A stretch of DNA of 64,000 bases, taken from contig NC_057719.1 of the NCBI RefSeq assembly GCF_004010195.1, forward strand, positions 65,927,049 to 65,991,048. Reading direction: 5' to 3'. Positions 26,180 through 39,520 of the stretch are shown here, one piece after another (position 1 is the stretch's first letter; each line of letters opens with the position of its first letter). The notes beneath the pieces were generated by a model that worked only from the letters and a program-made list of their open reading frames with translations, was not told the DNA's origin and did no database searches. The DNA comes from Chiloscyllium plagiosum. Its lineage: Eukaryota. Position numbers and translations under genes: made by a program.

Positions 26180-26520
26180 CAGTAGAAATGGTGGTGTGAT
26201 AGTTTAATAGCACTCATAATCCAGAGGCCCTGACTGATGTTGTTAGGGTATGGGTTCAAATCCAGCATAGCAGCTGGTGGCATTTAAATTATTATATCTG
26301 GAATTGAAAGCTAGCCATAGTGAAATTTGTAGTTATCATCAATTTGCCCATCAAGATTGTTAAAGACCTTTAAGGATGGACATCTTATTCCCTTGCCTGT
26401 GACTTCCCTTTCATGTGACTTCAGACCCAGAGTTGTATAGTTAGTTGAATTGCAGGTGGACATCAAATGCTGGCCTTGTCAACAACCACCACATACTTTG
26501 CATGAATACATTTAAAGAAA
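26180..26520 (+). mobile_element. Second-family tRNA-derived SINE, decayed
   Basis: gggttcaaatcc B box; tail catcaaatgctggccttgtcaacaaccaccacat...catgaata. Confidence 0.6.
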
Positions 26521-26682
26521 ATGTACTATGGGCTAACATGTCTGTGATCTTTATTTGTCTGAACTCAAAAGATGTGACCAGCGGTGTATCTGAACTGGGC
26601 CCACTGCTTTTGTCATTTATATAAATTATTTGGATGTGAACATAGAGAGGTATGGTTAGTAAGTATAGGAGATGGGAGGCCA

Positions 26683-26794
26683 TTTTATCTCTGCCTCTAT
26701 TCCTGATGAAGGGCTTTTGCCCGAGGCGTTGGTTTTCCTGTTCCTCGGATTCTGCCTGAACTGCTGTGCTTTTCCAGCACCACTCTAATCTGGG
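26683..26794 (+). mobile_element. Penelope-derived short repeat (family A), hammerhead GAAA mutated to GAGG
   Basis: tcctgatgaagggcttttgcccgaggcgttg plus body homologous to 6508-6637. Confidence 0.75.
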
Positions 26795-29212
26795 CATGTC
26801 AGAAAGACAAGGTCACAGTGATCATGGGGTACTTCAGTATGCAGGTGGACTGGGTGGATAATGTTAGCGATGGATCCAAAGAAAGGGAATTCATGGAATG
26901 TATACAGGATGGCTTTTTGGAGCAGCTTGTGATGGAGCTCACAAGGGAGTAGGCTATTCTGGACTTAGTGCTATGTAATGAGCCAGACTTTATAAAAGAT
27001 CTTAAAGTAAGGGAACACTTAGGAGGCAGCGATCATAATGTGGTAGAGTTCAGTCTGCAGTTTGAAAGAGAGAAGGCAAAAGCGGATGTAATGGTGTTAT
27101 AGTTAAATAAAGGTAATTATGAGGGCATGAGAGAGGAACTGACGAAAATCGACTGGAAGCAGAGCCTCGCGGGGAAGACAGTAGAGCAACAATGGCAGGA
27201 GTTTCTAGGTGTAATTGAGAACACAGTAAAGAGGTTTGTCCTAAAGAAAAGAAGGATTATCCGGAGGGGGGGATTAGACAGCCATTAGACAAAGGAGGTC
27301 AGGAAATGTATCAAAGAAAAAGAGAGAGCCTATAAAGTGGCCAAGAGAACTGGGAAATCAGAAGATTGGAAAGACTACAAAAACAAACAGAAGACAACCA
27401 AGAGAGAAATCTGGAAGGAAGGGATCAAATATGAAGGTAGGCTAGTCAGTAATATTAGAAATGATAGTAAAAGTTTCTTTCAATACATAAGAAACAAATG
27501 AGAGGCAAAAGTAGACATTAGGCCACTCCAAATTGATGCAGGAAGGCTAGTGCTAGGAGATAAGGAAATGGCTGAAGAACTTAATAAGTGCTTTGTGTCA
27601 GTCTTCACAGTGGAAGGCATGAGTAATATACCAACAATTAAGGAGAATCGGGGGCAGAGTTGAGTATGATAGCCATTACAAAAGAGAAAGTGCTAGAAGA
27701 GTTAAAAAGTCTAAAAATTGATAAATCTCCTGGCCCTGATGGGCTACATTCTAGAGTTCTGAGGGAATAGTGGAGACCTTGGTTGTGGTCTTTGAAAAGT
27801 CTCTGGAGTCAGGGAAAGTCCCAGATGATTGGAGAATAGCTTTTGTAACCCCCTTGTTCAAGAAAGAATCAAGACAAAAGATGGAAAATTATAGGTCGAT
27901 TAGCCTAACCTCAATTGTTGGTAAAACTCTAGAATCCTTTGTTGAGGATGAGATTTTTAAATGCTTGGAAGTGCGGGGTCAGATTAGAACAAGTCAGCAT
28001 GGATTTAGTAAGGGGAGGTTGTGCCTCACAAACCTGTTAGAATTATTTGAGGAGGTAACAAGTAGGTTAGACCAGGGAAACCCAGTGGATGTTATCGGTT
28101 TGGATTTCCAAAAGACCTTTGATAAGGTGCCTCACAGGAGGCTACTGAATAAGATAAAGGCCCATAAGTGTTCGAGGTGAGCTACTGGCATGGATTGAGG
28201 ATTGGCTGTCTGACAGGAGGCAGAGAGTTGGATAAAGGTTCTTTTTCAGAATGGCAGCTAGTGACAAGTGGTGTCCCGCAGGGTTTAGTGTTGGGGCTGC
28301 AGCTGGTCACCTTATATATTAATGATCTGGATGAAGGGACTAGGAGCATTCTGGCGAAGTTTGCCAATGATGCAAAGTTAGGTGGATAGACAGATAGTAC
28401 TGAGGAGGTGGGGAGGTTGCAGAAAGATTTAGACAGTTTAGGAGAGTGGTCCAGGAAATGGCTGATGAAATTCAATGTGAGCAAATGTGAGGTCTTGCAC
28501 TTTGGAAACAACTTCCTAGCATCCACCCTTTCTAAACCAAACTTGTAAGTTTCTATTAGATCTTCCCTCAACCTTCTAAACTCTAATGAATACAATCCTG
28601 AGCCATTCATTGAATGTTAGACCTACCATTCCAGGGATCATCCGTGTGAATCTCCGTTGGACATACTGGCTTGCTCCAGTGCCAGTATGTCCTTCCTGAG
28701 GTTTGGGGTCCAAAATTGGACACGGTATTCTAAATGGGGCCTAACTAGAGCTTGATAAAGTCTCAGAAGCACATCGTTGCTTTTATATTCCAATCCTCTT
28801 GAGATAAATGACAACATTACATTTGCTTTCCTAACCATGGACTCAACCTGCAAGTTAACCACTAGAGAATCCTGGACGGGCGCTCCCAGATCTCTTTGTC
28901 CTTTGGCTTTATGAATTTTTATGAATCTTTATGATGGAGAGACTAGGACCCATGAGCACAGCCTTAGAATTAGAGGGGGTCAATTTAGAATGGAAATGAG
29001 GAGACATTTCTTCAGCCAGAGAGTAGTGTGCCTGTGGAATTCATTGCCATGGAGCACAGTGGAGGCCGGTGCGTTAAATGTCTTCAAGGAATTAAGGGCT
29101 ATGGGGAGAGTGAGGGTAAGTGGAGTTGGAATGCCCATCAGCCATGATTAAATGGTGGAGTGGACTTGATAGGCCGAATGGCCTTACTTCCACTCCTATA
29201 TCTTATGGTCTA
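26795..29212 (+). mobile_element. CR1 LINE ORF2 (endonuclease end through RT and 3' tail) with an internal inversion at ~28508-28920
   Basis: [60 protein letters not shown]; middle piece reads on the minus strand. Confidence 0.9.
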
Positions 29213-29250
29213 AAAGTTTGCACTGTAGAAACAGTGCCCCCAGTTCGTGT

Positions 29251-29728
29251 TAGAACATAGAACATAGAACAATACAGTGCAGAACAGGCCCTTCGGCCCT
29301 CGATGTTACGCTGACCTGTGAACTATTCTCAGCTCATTCCCCTACGCTATCCCAAAATCAACCATGCGCTTATCTAAGGATGGTTTAAATCTCCCTAATG
29401 TGGCTGAGTTGACTACCTTAGCAGGTAGGGCATTCCACGCCCTTGCCACTCTCTGCATAAAGAACTTGCCTCTGACATCTGTCTTAAATCTATCACCCCT
29501 CAACTTGTAGATATGCCCTCTCATACAATCTCTATCAAATCCCCCCTTAATCCCTTAACCCAAGTCTCTCAGCCTTTCCTCATAAGACCTTCCCTCCAGA
29601 CCAGGCAACAACCTGGTAAATCTCTGCACCTTTTCCAATGCTTCCACATTCTTTCAGTAATGGGGCAACCAGAACTGTACACAATATTCCAAGCGTGGCC
29701 GCACCAGCGTTTTGTATAGTTGCAGCAT
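29251..29728 (-). mobile_element. CR1 3' fragment with (TAGAACA)n tail
   Basis: GHIYKLRGDRFKTDVRGKFFMQRVARAWNALP; LYKTLVRPRLEYCVQFW. Confidence 0.85.
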
Positions 29729-29809
29729 GTGAGAGTGAATTTGTAATAACGAAATGTGTGTTATAGCAGAACGATCTGTATGATGTCTAGCTGGCTTAGA
29801 AATTTAAGT

Positions 29810-30375
29810 CCACTCCCGGCACTTTCCCCTGCAACCGCAGGAGGTGCAAGACTTGCGCCCACACCTCCCCCCTCACCTCCCTCCAAGGCCCCAAAGGAAA
29901 CTTCCATATCCACCACAGATTCACCTGCACCTCCACACACATCATCTATTGCATCCTCTGCACCCAATGTGGCCTCCTCTATATTGGGGAGACAGGCCGC
30001 CTACTTGCAGAGCGTTTCAGAGAACACCTCTGGGACACCCGGACCAACCAACCCAACCACCATGTAGCTCAACATTTCAATTCCCCCTCCCACTCCACCA
30101 AGCATATGCAGGNNNNNNNNNNNNNNNNNNNNNNNNNNNNNCTATCACCCTCACCTTGACCTCTTTCCACCTATCGCATTTCCGACGCCCCTCCCCCTAG
30201 TCCCTCGTCCCTACCTTTTATCTTAGCCTGCTGGACAAACCTTCCTCATTCCTGAAGAAGGGCTTATGCCCGAAACGTCGATTCTCCTGTTCCCTGGATG
30301 CTGCCTGATCTGCTGCGCTTTTCCAGCAACACATTTTCAGATCTGATCTCCAGCATCTGCAGACCTCACTTTCTC
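29810..30375 (+). mobile_element. 5'-truncated Penelope-like retroelement: open GIY-YIG endonuclease frame (29812-30111), assembly gap (30113-30141), 3' repeat with hammerhead core (30252-30279)
   Basis: Frame lacking a start codon: PGTFPCNRRRCKTCAH...FTCTSTHIIYCILCTQCGLLYIGETGRLLAERFREHL...VAQHFN; 15-bp TSD CTTAGAAATTTAAGT (29795-29809, 30376-30390). Confidence 0.92.
30252..30279 (+). ncRNA. Minimal type I hammerhead ribozyme motif
   Basis: CUGAAGA core, stem II GGGC/GCCC with UUAU loop, GAAA, palindromic ACGU stem III, GUC cleavage triplet. Confidence 0.7.
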
Positions 30376-30876
30376 CTTAGAAATTTAAGTGCCACATCAT
30401 TTGTGATTCTATGACCTGAGCTATCAGCATAACAGAGTAACTTGACCTTTGTGAAAGAAAACAGACTGGCAATATTGACTTATGTGTTTGCACATTGTCC
30501 ACTGTTAAAAATCAGTTTGTATTTTTTTTATATTGGTGTTGTTTAGATTCTTGGATAGTGGTATTTGCAAGCCAGCTTCTGGTATTTAAACTGCTAAATC
30601 TGCCTTCCTTGCCCTGGCATTATAGTGGTAGAACCAGCTTATCACCAACCCGCAAAGCTGCTTCTGAGATAAAGAACTGTACTTAGCATTGTAAATGCCA
30701 AAAGCTGGTGCACAGACAGCAGACTCTGAGAATCATTTAAGATAGTGCCAGAAGAAAACTCTGCAGTGAAAACAGGATGTCTGGTTGAAACATTCTGCGA
30801 ATAACCTATACTCAATAGCAAGAACTTGGAGAACAGAAATCATTTAAATTGTATATCAGGATGCTTGCTGTTTTTT

Positions 30877-31193
30877 TCATAGAATCCTGACAGTGCGAAA
30901 ACAGGCTCTTTGGCCCAACAAGCCCATACAACCCTCTGAAGAGTAACCCACCCCTACCCTATTATCCACCCCGACTAATCCACCCAGCCTACACATCCCT
31001 GAACACTATCGGCAATTTAGCACGGCCAATTCATCTGACCTGCACATCGTTGGATTGTGGAAGGAAACCAGAGCACCTGGAGGAAACACACGCAGACACA
31101 GGGAGAATGTGCAAACTCCACCCAATGATTGCCCAAGGCTGGTCCCTGGCTCTGTGAGGCAGCAGTGCTAACCACTGAGCCATTGTGCCGCCC
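30877..31193 (-). mobile_element. HE1/V-SINE-type SINE
   Basis: Reverse complement of the 21022 family. Confidence 0.88.
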
Positions 31194-31545
31194 CATCTCT
31201 TGTTCTTCCCTCCAAAGGAATTACATCGATGCAGATGAGAAGAATGACTATTAATCACTTTTAAATATACATTCAGTTCCCATTTCACCTTTGATGTGGT
31301 TTCAGTGAAACTTAGACTCTTAAGTAGTGTTAATACTTTCTGCTATTTCATAAGCTCATGTTGATTCTGTTTGTGTTGTTAATATCTCAAAATTTGATGC
31401 ATGTTTAAACATTACCGTCTAGCATATGGAAATAATAAGTGGCACAACAAAACAAAGGTTTAATTCTAATAAACTCACTTGGCAAACACAGATTTAAACT
31501 GGTACCCTGCCATTTAATAATGAGTTTAATGATGATTCAGTCTAC

Positions 31546-31862
31546 ATTAGATTAGATTACATTACATTACAGTGTGGAAACAGGCCCTTCGGCCCAACAA
31601 GTTCACACCGACCCGCTGAAGCGCAACCCACCCATACCTCTACATTCATCCCTTACCTAACACTACGGGCAATTTAGCATGGCCAATTCACCTAACCTGC
31701 ACATCTTTGGACTGTGGGAGGAAACCGGAGCACCCGGAGGAAACCCAAGCAGACATGGGGAGAACGTGCAAACTCCACACAGTCAGTCGCCTGAGGCGGG
31801 AATTGAACCTGGGTCTCTGGCGCTGTGAGGCAGCAGTGCTAACCACTGTGCCACCGTGCTGC
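31546..31862 (-). mobile_element. HE1/V-SINE-type SINE, young-looking copy
   Basis: Intact A/B boxes with CpGs retained; (TAGAT/TACAT)n tail. Confidence 0.9.
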
Positions 31863-32519
31863 ACATGGTAATTTAATACTGTTCATATTTTGGCAGAGCA
31901 CGCAGAGCAATGAAAGGGATAATAAATATGATCATCTTAATGAATTAAGCTGAGGACACATATATAGCTGAAAGTGAACTCAACATTATTATCAATAATT
32001 TAGATCATGGGTTCCAGCCAAATTCAAACAACAGACTAGAACACATAAATCTAGGCTGATATTTCAGTTCAATATTGAGAATTCTGCACTATCAGCAGTT
32101 TGATGTCATTTGGAGAGGAATGATAAACCAGGATCCTGCCTGCCCTCTTAAGTGGATATGAAAGGTTCTATCATGCTAATCAAAGTGGGTGTTTTCCCAT
32201 TATCCTGACTAACATTTACCCCTCATTCAACTGCACTTGATTGACTTTTCTAATCATTTATTGGACCTAAGTATAGATAACTTGGCTCTGTGACTTCTCT
32301 ATAAACTTAGAACAGTGATTCCATTTCAAGAGAACATCATCAGCTGAGAAGCACTTCGGCAAATCTTAAGGATGTGAAAAGTGCTGGACAACATGCAGGG
32401 TTTTTTTTGTTATATTTCTGCATTTTGAACCTCATCTTGGGAGCATTGGCATTCTGTCTGGGCCAAATAAAAACATTTTCTTCCACTGTAAACTTACAAT
32501 TTGTATTGTTTGTACATTA

Positions 32520-32735
32520 TTGTAGTCAGTTAACTCGGTTAGCTAGGCAGCTGGTTTGTAATGCAAAGTTACAACAACAGTGTGCATTCAATTCCCGCAC
32601 TGGCTGAGATTAACATGAATGATTTTCCTTCTTAACCTCTCCCTTACCTGTGACATGGTGACCCTCAGGTTAAACCAGCACTCTCTAATAAGCAAGCTGT
32701 CTTATGGTGCTCTGGGACTATGGCAATATAACCTT
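32520..32735 (+). mobile_element. Third tRNA-like SINE family (second copy ~49265-49470)
   Basis: Two dispersed copies share ttcaattcc..ggctgag, gtgacc..ttaaac and actatggc tail. Confidence 0.55.
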
Positions 32736-33105
32736 TTTTTTAAATTTCTCATAGTGTTATGTGAGATCAGTAATTCTGTTACTCTTATGCTGAAAAGCAA
32801 AAATAGTTGGACAACTTGTGTTTGATTGCAGTGTTTAAAGTCAAAGACTTGAATTTCTATAGTGCCTTACACAACCTCAGGATATCTCAAAGTACTTATA
32901 TCCAGTAAGTTATTTCTGAAATGTAGTCATTGTATGAAGGAAACATTCTGCCTAACAAGTTCTCATAAGCAACAATGTGATAATTTTGAACAATGTTGAA
33001 ATAACTACTTTGCTATTATCGTAATAACGTTTTTACAAATGGAAAGGTAGCTATGCATTTGTCAGACTTCAGTGCAAATAAATTTAATTTTGTGTTTCAA
33101 ACCAG

Positions 33106-33176
33106 GTGATTCATTTGCACAGTTTCGCTTTGCTGAGGAAAAAGAGTGGGAAGTAGAGGGGACTTCCAGTAAACAG
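33106..33176 (+). CDS. AVEN: Cell death regulator Aven, internal coding exon ((G)DSFAQFRFAEEKEWEVEGTSSKQ)
   Basis: Preceded by ...tttcaaaccAG, followed by GTaggt; 71 nt (phase 1 to 0); peptide matches the conserved Aven motif GDSFxQFRFAEEKEW. Confidence 0.93.
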
Positions 33177-33679
33177 GTAGGTTTTTGCAACTTGTCCAGT
33201 TGAATTGTTATGGTGTAGATCTTTAGCCTTCTAGACATTGTGACATCATAGACAAAGGAAATTCCTGTCAATGTCCATTTGTCTTATACAAATGCAGACA
33301 ATTTTCATAGAATGTGATATTTATTATCCCTCTACTTGCCTTGACTCAAGTCACAGTTAGGCCTTACTGGGATATTTTCCAGATTCAAATTATGAACTAG
33401 TCTTCTAATTTGGCAAAATCTAATTGCAAACAGAAATTTGAAAATATAAATCTGTTGAGTTGTTACCAAACAAAAAGATAGAAATGCAAAAGTGATTTTT
33501 CTCACTTTTCCCAGTATAGTATGTAACTAATTTCTGTAAATTTGACTTAATGCTGTGGCACAAAACAATATGGGTTTGATCTGCACATGCTGTAGTGTAG
33601 AGATATTGGTGTAGAGGAGTCTTTATGGTACTCCAGTAGCTCAACTGTTCAAATTGTGGACAATTGAAATTTACTTTTA

Positions 33680-35240
33680 GAGTCATAGAGTCGCATAGCA
33701 TGGATACAACCTCTCTGCACAGACCAGCCATCCAATCCTGACTTAGTCCTATTTGGCCCATTTCCATACAAACTATTCCTGTTCATATACCCGTCCTGAT
33801 GCCTTTTATGTGTTGTAATTGTACCTGCCACTCCACCATGTCCTCTGGCAGCTTGTTCCATACACACACCATTTTGTACATGAGAAAGTTACCCCTCAGG
33901 TCCTTTTCAAATCTTTCCTCTCTCAATTAAACCTATGCCCTCTCGTTTCGGACTCACCCACCCAAGGAAAAAGACATTGGCTATTTGCCCTATCTGTGCT
34001 TCTCATGATTTTATAAACCTCAATAAGGTCACCCCTCAGTCTCCAACACGCTAGGGAAAATAGCCCCAACCTATTCTCCCTAAAGTTCAAGCCTTCCAGT
34101 TCCGACAACATCCTTGTAAATATTTTCTATTTAAGTTAAGTTTAGCAACATCCTTCCTATAGAAGGATGACCAGAATTGTACATAATATTCTAAAAGTGG
34201 CATCACCAATGTCCTATATAATGCATATGACATCCCAACTCCTATACTCATTGTTCAGACCAATGAAGACAAGTGTGCCAAATGCATTGTTCACCATTCT
34301 GTCTACCTGTGACTCCACTTTCAAGGAACCGTGCAGCTGCACCTCTCGGTCTCTCTCTTCAGCAACATTCCCCATTAACTGTATAAGTCCTGCCCTGGTT
34401 TGCTTTACCAAAATGCAACACCTCTCATTTACCTAAATTAAACTCCATCTGCCACTCCTATTCCCATTGGCCTATCTGAGCAAGGTCTCGTTGTACTCTG
34501 AGATAATCTTCTTCACTGTCCACTAAACCATCTATTTTAGTGTCATCTGCAGACTAACTAACAATAACTCCTATATTAACATCCAAATCATTTTTATAAA
34601 TGACGAAAAACAGTGGACCCAGCACCAATCCTTGTGGCACACCGCTAGTCACAGGCCTCCAGTCCGAAAAGCAACCCTCTACCACCACCCTTTGCCTCCT
34701 GCCTTCAAACGAATTTTGTATCCAATTGGTTAGCTTCCCCTGGATCCCATGGGATCTAACCTTACTAACCAGTCTATCATCTGCAACCTTGTCAAATTTT
34801 TTGCTGAAGTCCATATATACTGCATCTGCAACTCTGCCTTCATCAATCTTCTTTGTCACCTCTTCCAAAAAGTCAGTCAAGTTACTGAGATATGATTTCC
34901 CATGCAGAAAGCCATACTGACTCTCCGTAATCAGCCCTTGCCATTCCAAATGCATATAAACTCTGTTCCTCAGAATGCACTCCAACAACTTACCCACTAC
35001 TCACTTCAGGCTCACTGGTCAGTAGTTCCCGGTTTTACCTTTCATAAATAAAGGCACCATATTAACACCCTTCAGTCTTCTGACACCTCACCCGTTCTGT
35101 TGATGATAAAAATATCTCAGCAAGTGGCCCAGCAGTCTCTTCCCATGCTTCGCACAAAGTTCTGGGAAACACCTGATCAGGTCCTGGGGATTTATCTACT
35201 TTTATACATTTTAGGACTTCCAGCCCCTCTGTTTCTGTAA
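33680..35240 (-). mobile_element. CR1 LINE RT and 3' end
   Basis: ORF 34554..34997 ([30 protein letters not shown]) and tail agagtcatagagtc. Confidence 0.92.
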
Positions 35241-36252
35241 TATGAATTCTTTGATTTTATTATTTAAACAATCAGCTGTCAAGAGGCTCTGAAGAGAAGA
35301 ACGTTTGATGTTGGCAGAAATTTTCTGTAACAATGGCTCTGTGTACAGCTGTTTCATTAACATGAAGTAATACAGCATTTTAAAAATTAACTTTTCACCA
35401 TTTTGTCCACCCCCTCTCCTTTCTTTGAAGACTTTGAGTATTCTCTGGTTTCATCAGTATTAGTTATCTCTACCAATCACTTAGCTGTTGCTTGTTTTCA
35501 GACTTGGGAGTGATTGTCATCTGTCTGCTCGAGAGGTATTTCAGCCGAGCTAAATAATGTCTTCATTTCATATCTGTTCCCAGTAGGAGTCATTTAGAAA
35601 TGAGAAATTAGTCTGTATTTCATTTGCTAATGCAGCAATACTGTAATCAATGAGAAAATCTTGATGCCATTGGCAGACATTGATTAAGAGAGACCACCAG
35701 AATTGAAGCTTTTTTGTGTGCCTGAGCCAACCAGATACTGAGACTCTGAAGAACACAAGTACAATAGTAACACAAGTTACTATTATCATGATGCAACTCT
35801 CTGGTGCCCGAATGATGAAGTGTATCAATACAGATAACTCTAACTTGAGATATCAAGAAGCTTATAGTTGAGGCATCAGGTTTTAATATAGAATGCGGTT
35901 TTTTTATATAGAATAAATTGTGAGTCACTTACGAAATTTTGCCTTTTCTTCCCCCTTTTTTCTTCACCATGAGTCAAATTGCGCCTCATAATTTAAATCA
36001 AAGGCAGGTTTGTTCTTTAGTGTTAGACGTCCCTAGATGGCAAATGCTATTTTTTTTTAACCAGTAAAGATTACATGCGTTTGATTCCAAAAAAGAGAAA
36101 AGTTGGCATATCTTTGGCTGAATATGTTCCCTCAGGTTTCAAAGTGCAGTGGAGGGATGTTTAATTTCTTGGAAATGAAATGAATTGACATTTGCGCTTC
36201 AACAGTTTTCAAAATTATCATTATTTCATTAAAAGAACAAAGTGAATCATCT

Positions 36253-36532
36253 CATAGAATCCCTAGTGTGGAAGCAGGTCATTTGGCCATTCAGTCCACA
36301 CCGATCCTCTGATGACCATCCCACCCAGACCCCCTATCCCTGTAACCCTGCATTTCCCATGGCTAATCCACCTAGCCTGCACATCCCTGAACACTATGGG
36401 CAGTTTAGCATGGCCAATCTAGCTGACCTGCACATCTTTGGATTGTGGGAGGAAGCTGTAGCACCCTGAGGAAACCCATGCAAACATGAGGGTACAGTCC
36501 AACCCAGGTCCCTGGAGCTGTGAGGCAGCAGT
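36253..36532 (-). mobile_element. HE1/V-SINE-type SINE, partial
   Basis: Same core as the other copies. Confidence 0.8.
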
Positions 36533-37807
36533 GAATTCTCAGCAACACCTCTACACAGACTTTATTTCAGGTTATCTCTTTATGACAAAAGGTGTGCTTT
36601 AGGTTAATGTTACCTGTTAGTATAAAAAGCAATTCATCTGTTTTCTGTACCAGGAGGGAAGGTAGTTTTGTGTGTTCCACCGCAGCTTTAGCTTGTTTCT
36701 ACTTATGTTTCCTAGTTAATTTGGTTTAACTCAAATTTTATAATATTTGTTCGAACATCATGACAAAAACAGAAGATTCTTCAGTTTGTTTTTCATTGGT
36801 TGTAGGTGTCATGGACGAAGGCAGCATTTGTTTCCCATTCCTAATTACTTGAAAGAATGATGCCACTGTGCTACTAGGAGGGAATTTCTAGGAATCTGTC
36901 CCAGTGACAGTGAAGGAATGGTGATATTGCTTCAAATAAAGATTTGTGTTATTTGGAGGGGAACTTGTAGGTTTTGGAGTTCCCATGGATCTTCAGCCTT
37001 GGTCTTTCTAGGTGGTAGAGGTTGCAGACTTAAAAGGTGCTGTCAAAGGTGAGTTACTGCATGTTGTGGATGATATGCACTGCTGCCATTGTGCATCAGT
37101 GGTGGATGAGGTGCCTGTCAAGTGGGCTGCTATGCCTTGGATGGTGTTCAGCTGCATGCAAGTGGAAAATATTCCATTACATTCCTGGCTTGTGCCTTGT
37201 AGCTGTTAGACAGGCATCGAGGAGTCAAGAGGTGTATTGCCTACTTCACAGAATTCTTCTCTGAGCTGCTTTTCCAGCCACCGTATTTATCTGATTTAGT
37301 TTAATTTCAGGTTAGAAGTAACATCCAGGGCATTGATAGTGAGGGATTCGGCAATGGTAATTCCATTTTATGTCAGTGGGACATACTTAACTTCTCTCAC
37401 TTTGGAGATGGTCATTGCATAGCATGTTTGTGGTGTAAATATTACTTGCCCAACTTGAATCTTGTCCGTGTCTTTTTGCATGTGACAGGGATTGCTTCAG
37501 TGTCTGAGGAGTTGAGAATGGAGCTGAACATTATGCAGTCATTAGTGAACATTTGCCTTTTGATGTCATGATGGAAGGAAAGCCATTGTTGAAGTCAAAG
37601 CTGAAGATAGTTGGGCATAGGACACTATGTTGAGGACCTCCTGCAGTGATGTCTTTTGACTAAGATGATTGACCTGCAACAGTTTCACTGATTTTCCTTT
37701 GTACCTGGTATGACGTCAGCCAATAGGACAGTTTTCCGCTAAATTCCCGTTGATTTTTAGGGCTTTTAGTGCCACACTGGATCAAATGCTGTCTTGATGT
37801 CAAGGGC

Positions 37808-38712
37808 ACCAAAATTGTAGGTGTAGTGGACAGCAAAGAAGGCTACCTTGGATTAAATGGGATCTTGATCAGATGAGCCAATGGGCTGAGGAGGGCAGAT
37901 GGAGTTTAATTTAGATAAATGTGAGGTGGTGCATTTTGGGAAAGCAAATCTTAGCAGGACTTAAACACTTAATGGTAAGGTCCTCGGGAGAGTTCCTGAA
38001 CAAAGAGACCTTGAAATGCAGGTTCATAGCTCCTTGAAAATAGAGTCGTAGGTAGAAAGCATAGTGAAGAAGGCGTTTGGTGTGCTTTCCTTTATTGGTC
38101 AGAGTATTGAGTACGGGAGTTGGGAGGTCATGTTGTGGCTGTACAGGACATTGGTTAGGCAACGTTTGGAATATTGCATGCAATTCTGATCTCCTTCCTA
38201 TTGGAAGGATGTTGTGAAACTTGAAAGGGTTCAGAAAAGATTTACAAGGATGTTGCCAGGGTTGAAGGATTTGAGCTATAGGAAGAGGTTGATTAGTCTG
38301 GGGCTGTTTTCCCTGGAGTGTCAGAGGCTGATGGATGACCTTATAGAGGTTTATAAAATCATGAGGGCCGTGGATAGGATAAATAGACAAGGTCTTTTCT
38401 CTGGGGTGGAGGAGTTCAGAACTAGAGGGCATAGGGCTTAAGGTGAGAGGGGAAAGATATGAAAGAGGCCTAAGGGACAACTTTTTCACACAAAGAGTGG
38501 TGCGTGTGTAGAATGGGCTGCCAGAGGAAATGGTGGAGGCTGGTACAATTGCAACATTTAAAAGGCATTTGGATGGGTATGTGAATAGAAAGGGTTTGGA
38601 GGGACATGAGGTGGGAGCTGGCAGGTGGGACTAGATTGGGTTCGATATCTGGTTGGCATGGATGATTTGGACCGAAGGGTCTGTTTCCGTGCTGTACATC
38701 TCTATGACTCTT
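37808..38712 (+). mobile_element. CR1 LINE 3' portion
   Basis: KCEVVHFGKAN, KLERVQKRFTRMLPGL, full 3' tail. Confidence 0.9.
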
Positions 38713-39396
38713 TGGCATTCACTCTCAGCTCACCTCACCCCTAGAGTTCAGCTGTTTTGTTCATGGACTAAAACAGTAATGAGGTCAGGCACTAATTAAT
38801 CTTATTGCTGAATAAGTGCTGTTTGATTGCACTGTCCTGACATCTTTCATCACCTTATTGATGATAGAGAGTACACTGATGGGTACAATTGGACAGGTTG
38901 GATTTGTCCTTTTGTTGTGAACAAGCCATAGCTGGGTAATTTTCTACATGACAGGATAGATGTTGCAACTGCACTGATGCAGCATGACTAAGGGAATAGC
39001 TAATTATGGACTACAAGTTGGCTGTGTCCATAGTCTTTCTGGAGTTTGAATCTGATCCATTGGTTATAAGATCATTTAGCCATTTATACACCATACATTG
39101 TTCAGCATACAAGTAGTCCTGTCCTGTGTTATAGCTTCACCAGGATGGCACCTCAGTTTTAGCTACATTCATTGTTGTCCTTGATGGTGAAGTGAGGGCT
39201 ATCCTGGACCATGAGTTCCTGAATTAAAGTTGAGTACACTGCCTCTTGTGGATGCCCAGTTTTGAGGTTTTGAATAGACCTAACAACTATCCTGTTTAGC
39301 ATGATGATAGCACTATATAACATGATGTTGGGTATGTGGGGACAGATCTTCATGGCCACTCCTACCAATACTATCATGGACAGCTGTATTCGCATT

Positions 39397-39520
39397 AGGT
39401 AAAAACAATGACTGCAGATGCTGGAAACCACATTCTGGATTAGTGGTGCTGGAAGAGCACAGCAGTTCAGGCAGCATGTAAGGAGCAGCGAAATCGATGT
39501 TTTGGGCAAAAGCCCTTCAG
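39397..39520 (-). mobile_element. Penelope-derived short repeat (family A), hammerhead truncated or mutated
   Basis: Nearly identical to 6508-6630 (aaaaacaatgactgcagatgctggaaacc...gggcaaaagcccttca). Confidence 0.8.

Noticed and set aside
30113..30141. Run of 29 N
   Set aside because: Assembly gap, not a biological feature
29756..30200. ORFs 29756..30067(+), 29761..29967(-), 29844..30200(+)
   Set aside because: Shadow frames of the C-rich Penelope sequence; the real GIY-YIG protein is in the third plus frame
1..33105. Upstream AVEN exon (NWDRY motif) or CHRM5 coding exon
   Set aside because: No matching peptide or long GPCR ORF seen; probably outside the window
37911..38489. 192-aa minus-strand ORF, the longest in the track
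   Set aside because: Antisense frame of a CR1 3' region; similar antisense peptides recur at other CR1 copies
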